Below, piece by piece: positions 62,865 to 64,000 of a DNA stretch of 64,000 nt (positions within the stretch are counted from its first letter, which is position 1; each line of letters starts with the position of its first letter). Under the pieces are notes generated by a model that worked only from the letters and a program-made list of their open reading frames with translations, ran no database searches and had not been told where the DNA came from. Origin of the DNA: Mobula hypostoma (taxonomy: Eukaryota); NCBI RefSeq assembly GCF_963921235.1, contig NC_086108.1, forward strand, positions 82,896,001 to 82,960,000, read 5' to 3'. Both the position numbers and the translations under genes were made by a program.

Positions 62865-64000
62865 TTGTTCTCTGGCAAAGATGTGAATGGTAGGTGGGAA
62901 GCCTTCAAAGGGGAAATTTTGAGAGTGCAGAGTTTGTATGTTCCTGTCAGGATTAAAGGCAAATTGAATAGGAATAAGGAACCTTGGTTCTCAAGGGATA
63001 TTGCAACTCTGATAAAGAAGAAGAGGGAGTTGTATGAAATGTATAGGAAACAGGGGGTAAATCAGGTGCTTGAGGAGTATAAGAAGTGCAAGAAAATACT
63101 TAAGAAAGAAATCAGGAGGGCTAAAAGAAGACATGAGGTTGCCTTGGCAGTCAAAGTGAAGGATAATCCAAAGAGCTTTTACAAGTATATTAAGAGCAAA
63201 AGGATTGTAAGGGATAAAATTGGTCCTCTTGAAGATCAGAGTGGTCGGCTTTGTGCGGAACCAAAGGAAATGGGGGAGATCTTAAATAGGTTTTTTGCGT
63301 CTGTATTTACTAAGGAAGCTAGCATGAAATCTATGGAATTGAGGGAATCAAGTAGTGAGACCATGGAAACTGTACAGATTGAAAAGGAGGAGGTGCTTGT
63401 TGTCTTGAGAAAAATTAAAGTGGATAAATCCTCAGGACCTGACAGAGTGTTCCCTCGGACCTTGAAGGAGACTAGTGTTGAAATTGCGGGGGCCCTGGCA
63501 GAAATATTTAAAATGTCGCTGTCTACGGGTGAAGTGCCAGAGGATTGGAGAGTGGCTCATGTTGTTCCGTTGTTTAAAAAAGAATCGAAAAGTAATCCAG
63601 GAAATTATAGGCTGGTGAGTTTAAGGTCAGTAGTAGGTAAGTTATTGGAGGGAGTACTAAGAGACAGAATCTACAAGCATTTGGATAGACAGGGGCATAT
63701 TAGGGAGAGTCAACATGGCTTTGTGCGTGGTAGGTCGTGTTTGACCAATCTGTTGGAGTTTTTCGAGGAGGTTACCAGGAAAGTGGATGAAGGGAAGGCA
63801 GTGGATATTGTCTACATGGACTTCAGTAAGGCCTTTGACAAGGTCCCGCATGGGAGGTTAGTTAGGAAAATTCAGTCGCTAGGTATACATGGAGAGGTGG
63901 TAAATTGGATTAGACATTGGCTCGATGGAAGAAGCCAGAGAGTGGTGGTAGAGAATTGCTTCTCTGAGTGGAGGCCTGTGACTAGTGGTGTGCCACAGGG
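62865..64000 (+). mobile_element. Young CR1 ORF2 (RT N-terminal half), open to the window edge
   Basis: Uninterrupted frame by manual translation: KSSGPD, PEDWRVAHVVPLFKK, QHGFVRGRSCLTNL, YMDFSKAFDKVPH, SGVPQ. Confidence 0.93.

Noticed and set aside
1..64000. Prokaryotic systems (CRISPR arrays, operons, defence islands)
   Set aside because: There are no regularly spaced repeats or dense ORFs; the content is vertebrate TE-rich DNA.

Overview
This is eukaryotic, vertebrate-type genomic DNA, most likely from a cartilaginous fish (ray or shark). That assignment is inferred from the repeat mix of CR1, Rex1/Babar and abundant Penelope-type ends. Most of the window is decayed transposable elements: CR1 and Rex1/Babar LINEs, Penelope-like elements (PLEs) whose ends carry minimal hammerhead ribozyme motifs, tRNA-derived SINEs, two Tc1 transposons (Sleeping Beauty-like and Passport-like), a hAT, a Tigger/pogo, MITEs and Gypsy LTR remnants. 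No intact, identifiable host CDS is present. The repeat-free islands contain several minus-strand candidate exons, including a possible 6-nt microexon, that look like the alternatively spliced 3' end of an unidentified gene. The most notable observations are: (1) a two-LTR Gypsy element (34153-40544) whose RT/RNaseH/integrase core is replaced by an intronless RBM25 mRNA fragment fused in frame to the protease; (2) a Sleeping Beauty-like Tc1 built from two right ends, with ~430-bp inverted arms; (3) single-insertion palindromic PLE derivatives, some fused at their hammerhead motifs. Family assignments come from recalled motifs, not database searches, and many boundaries are approximate.
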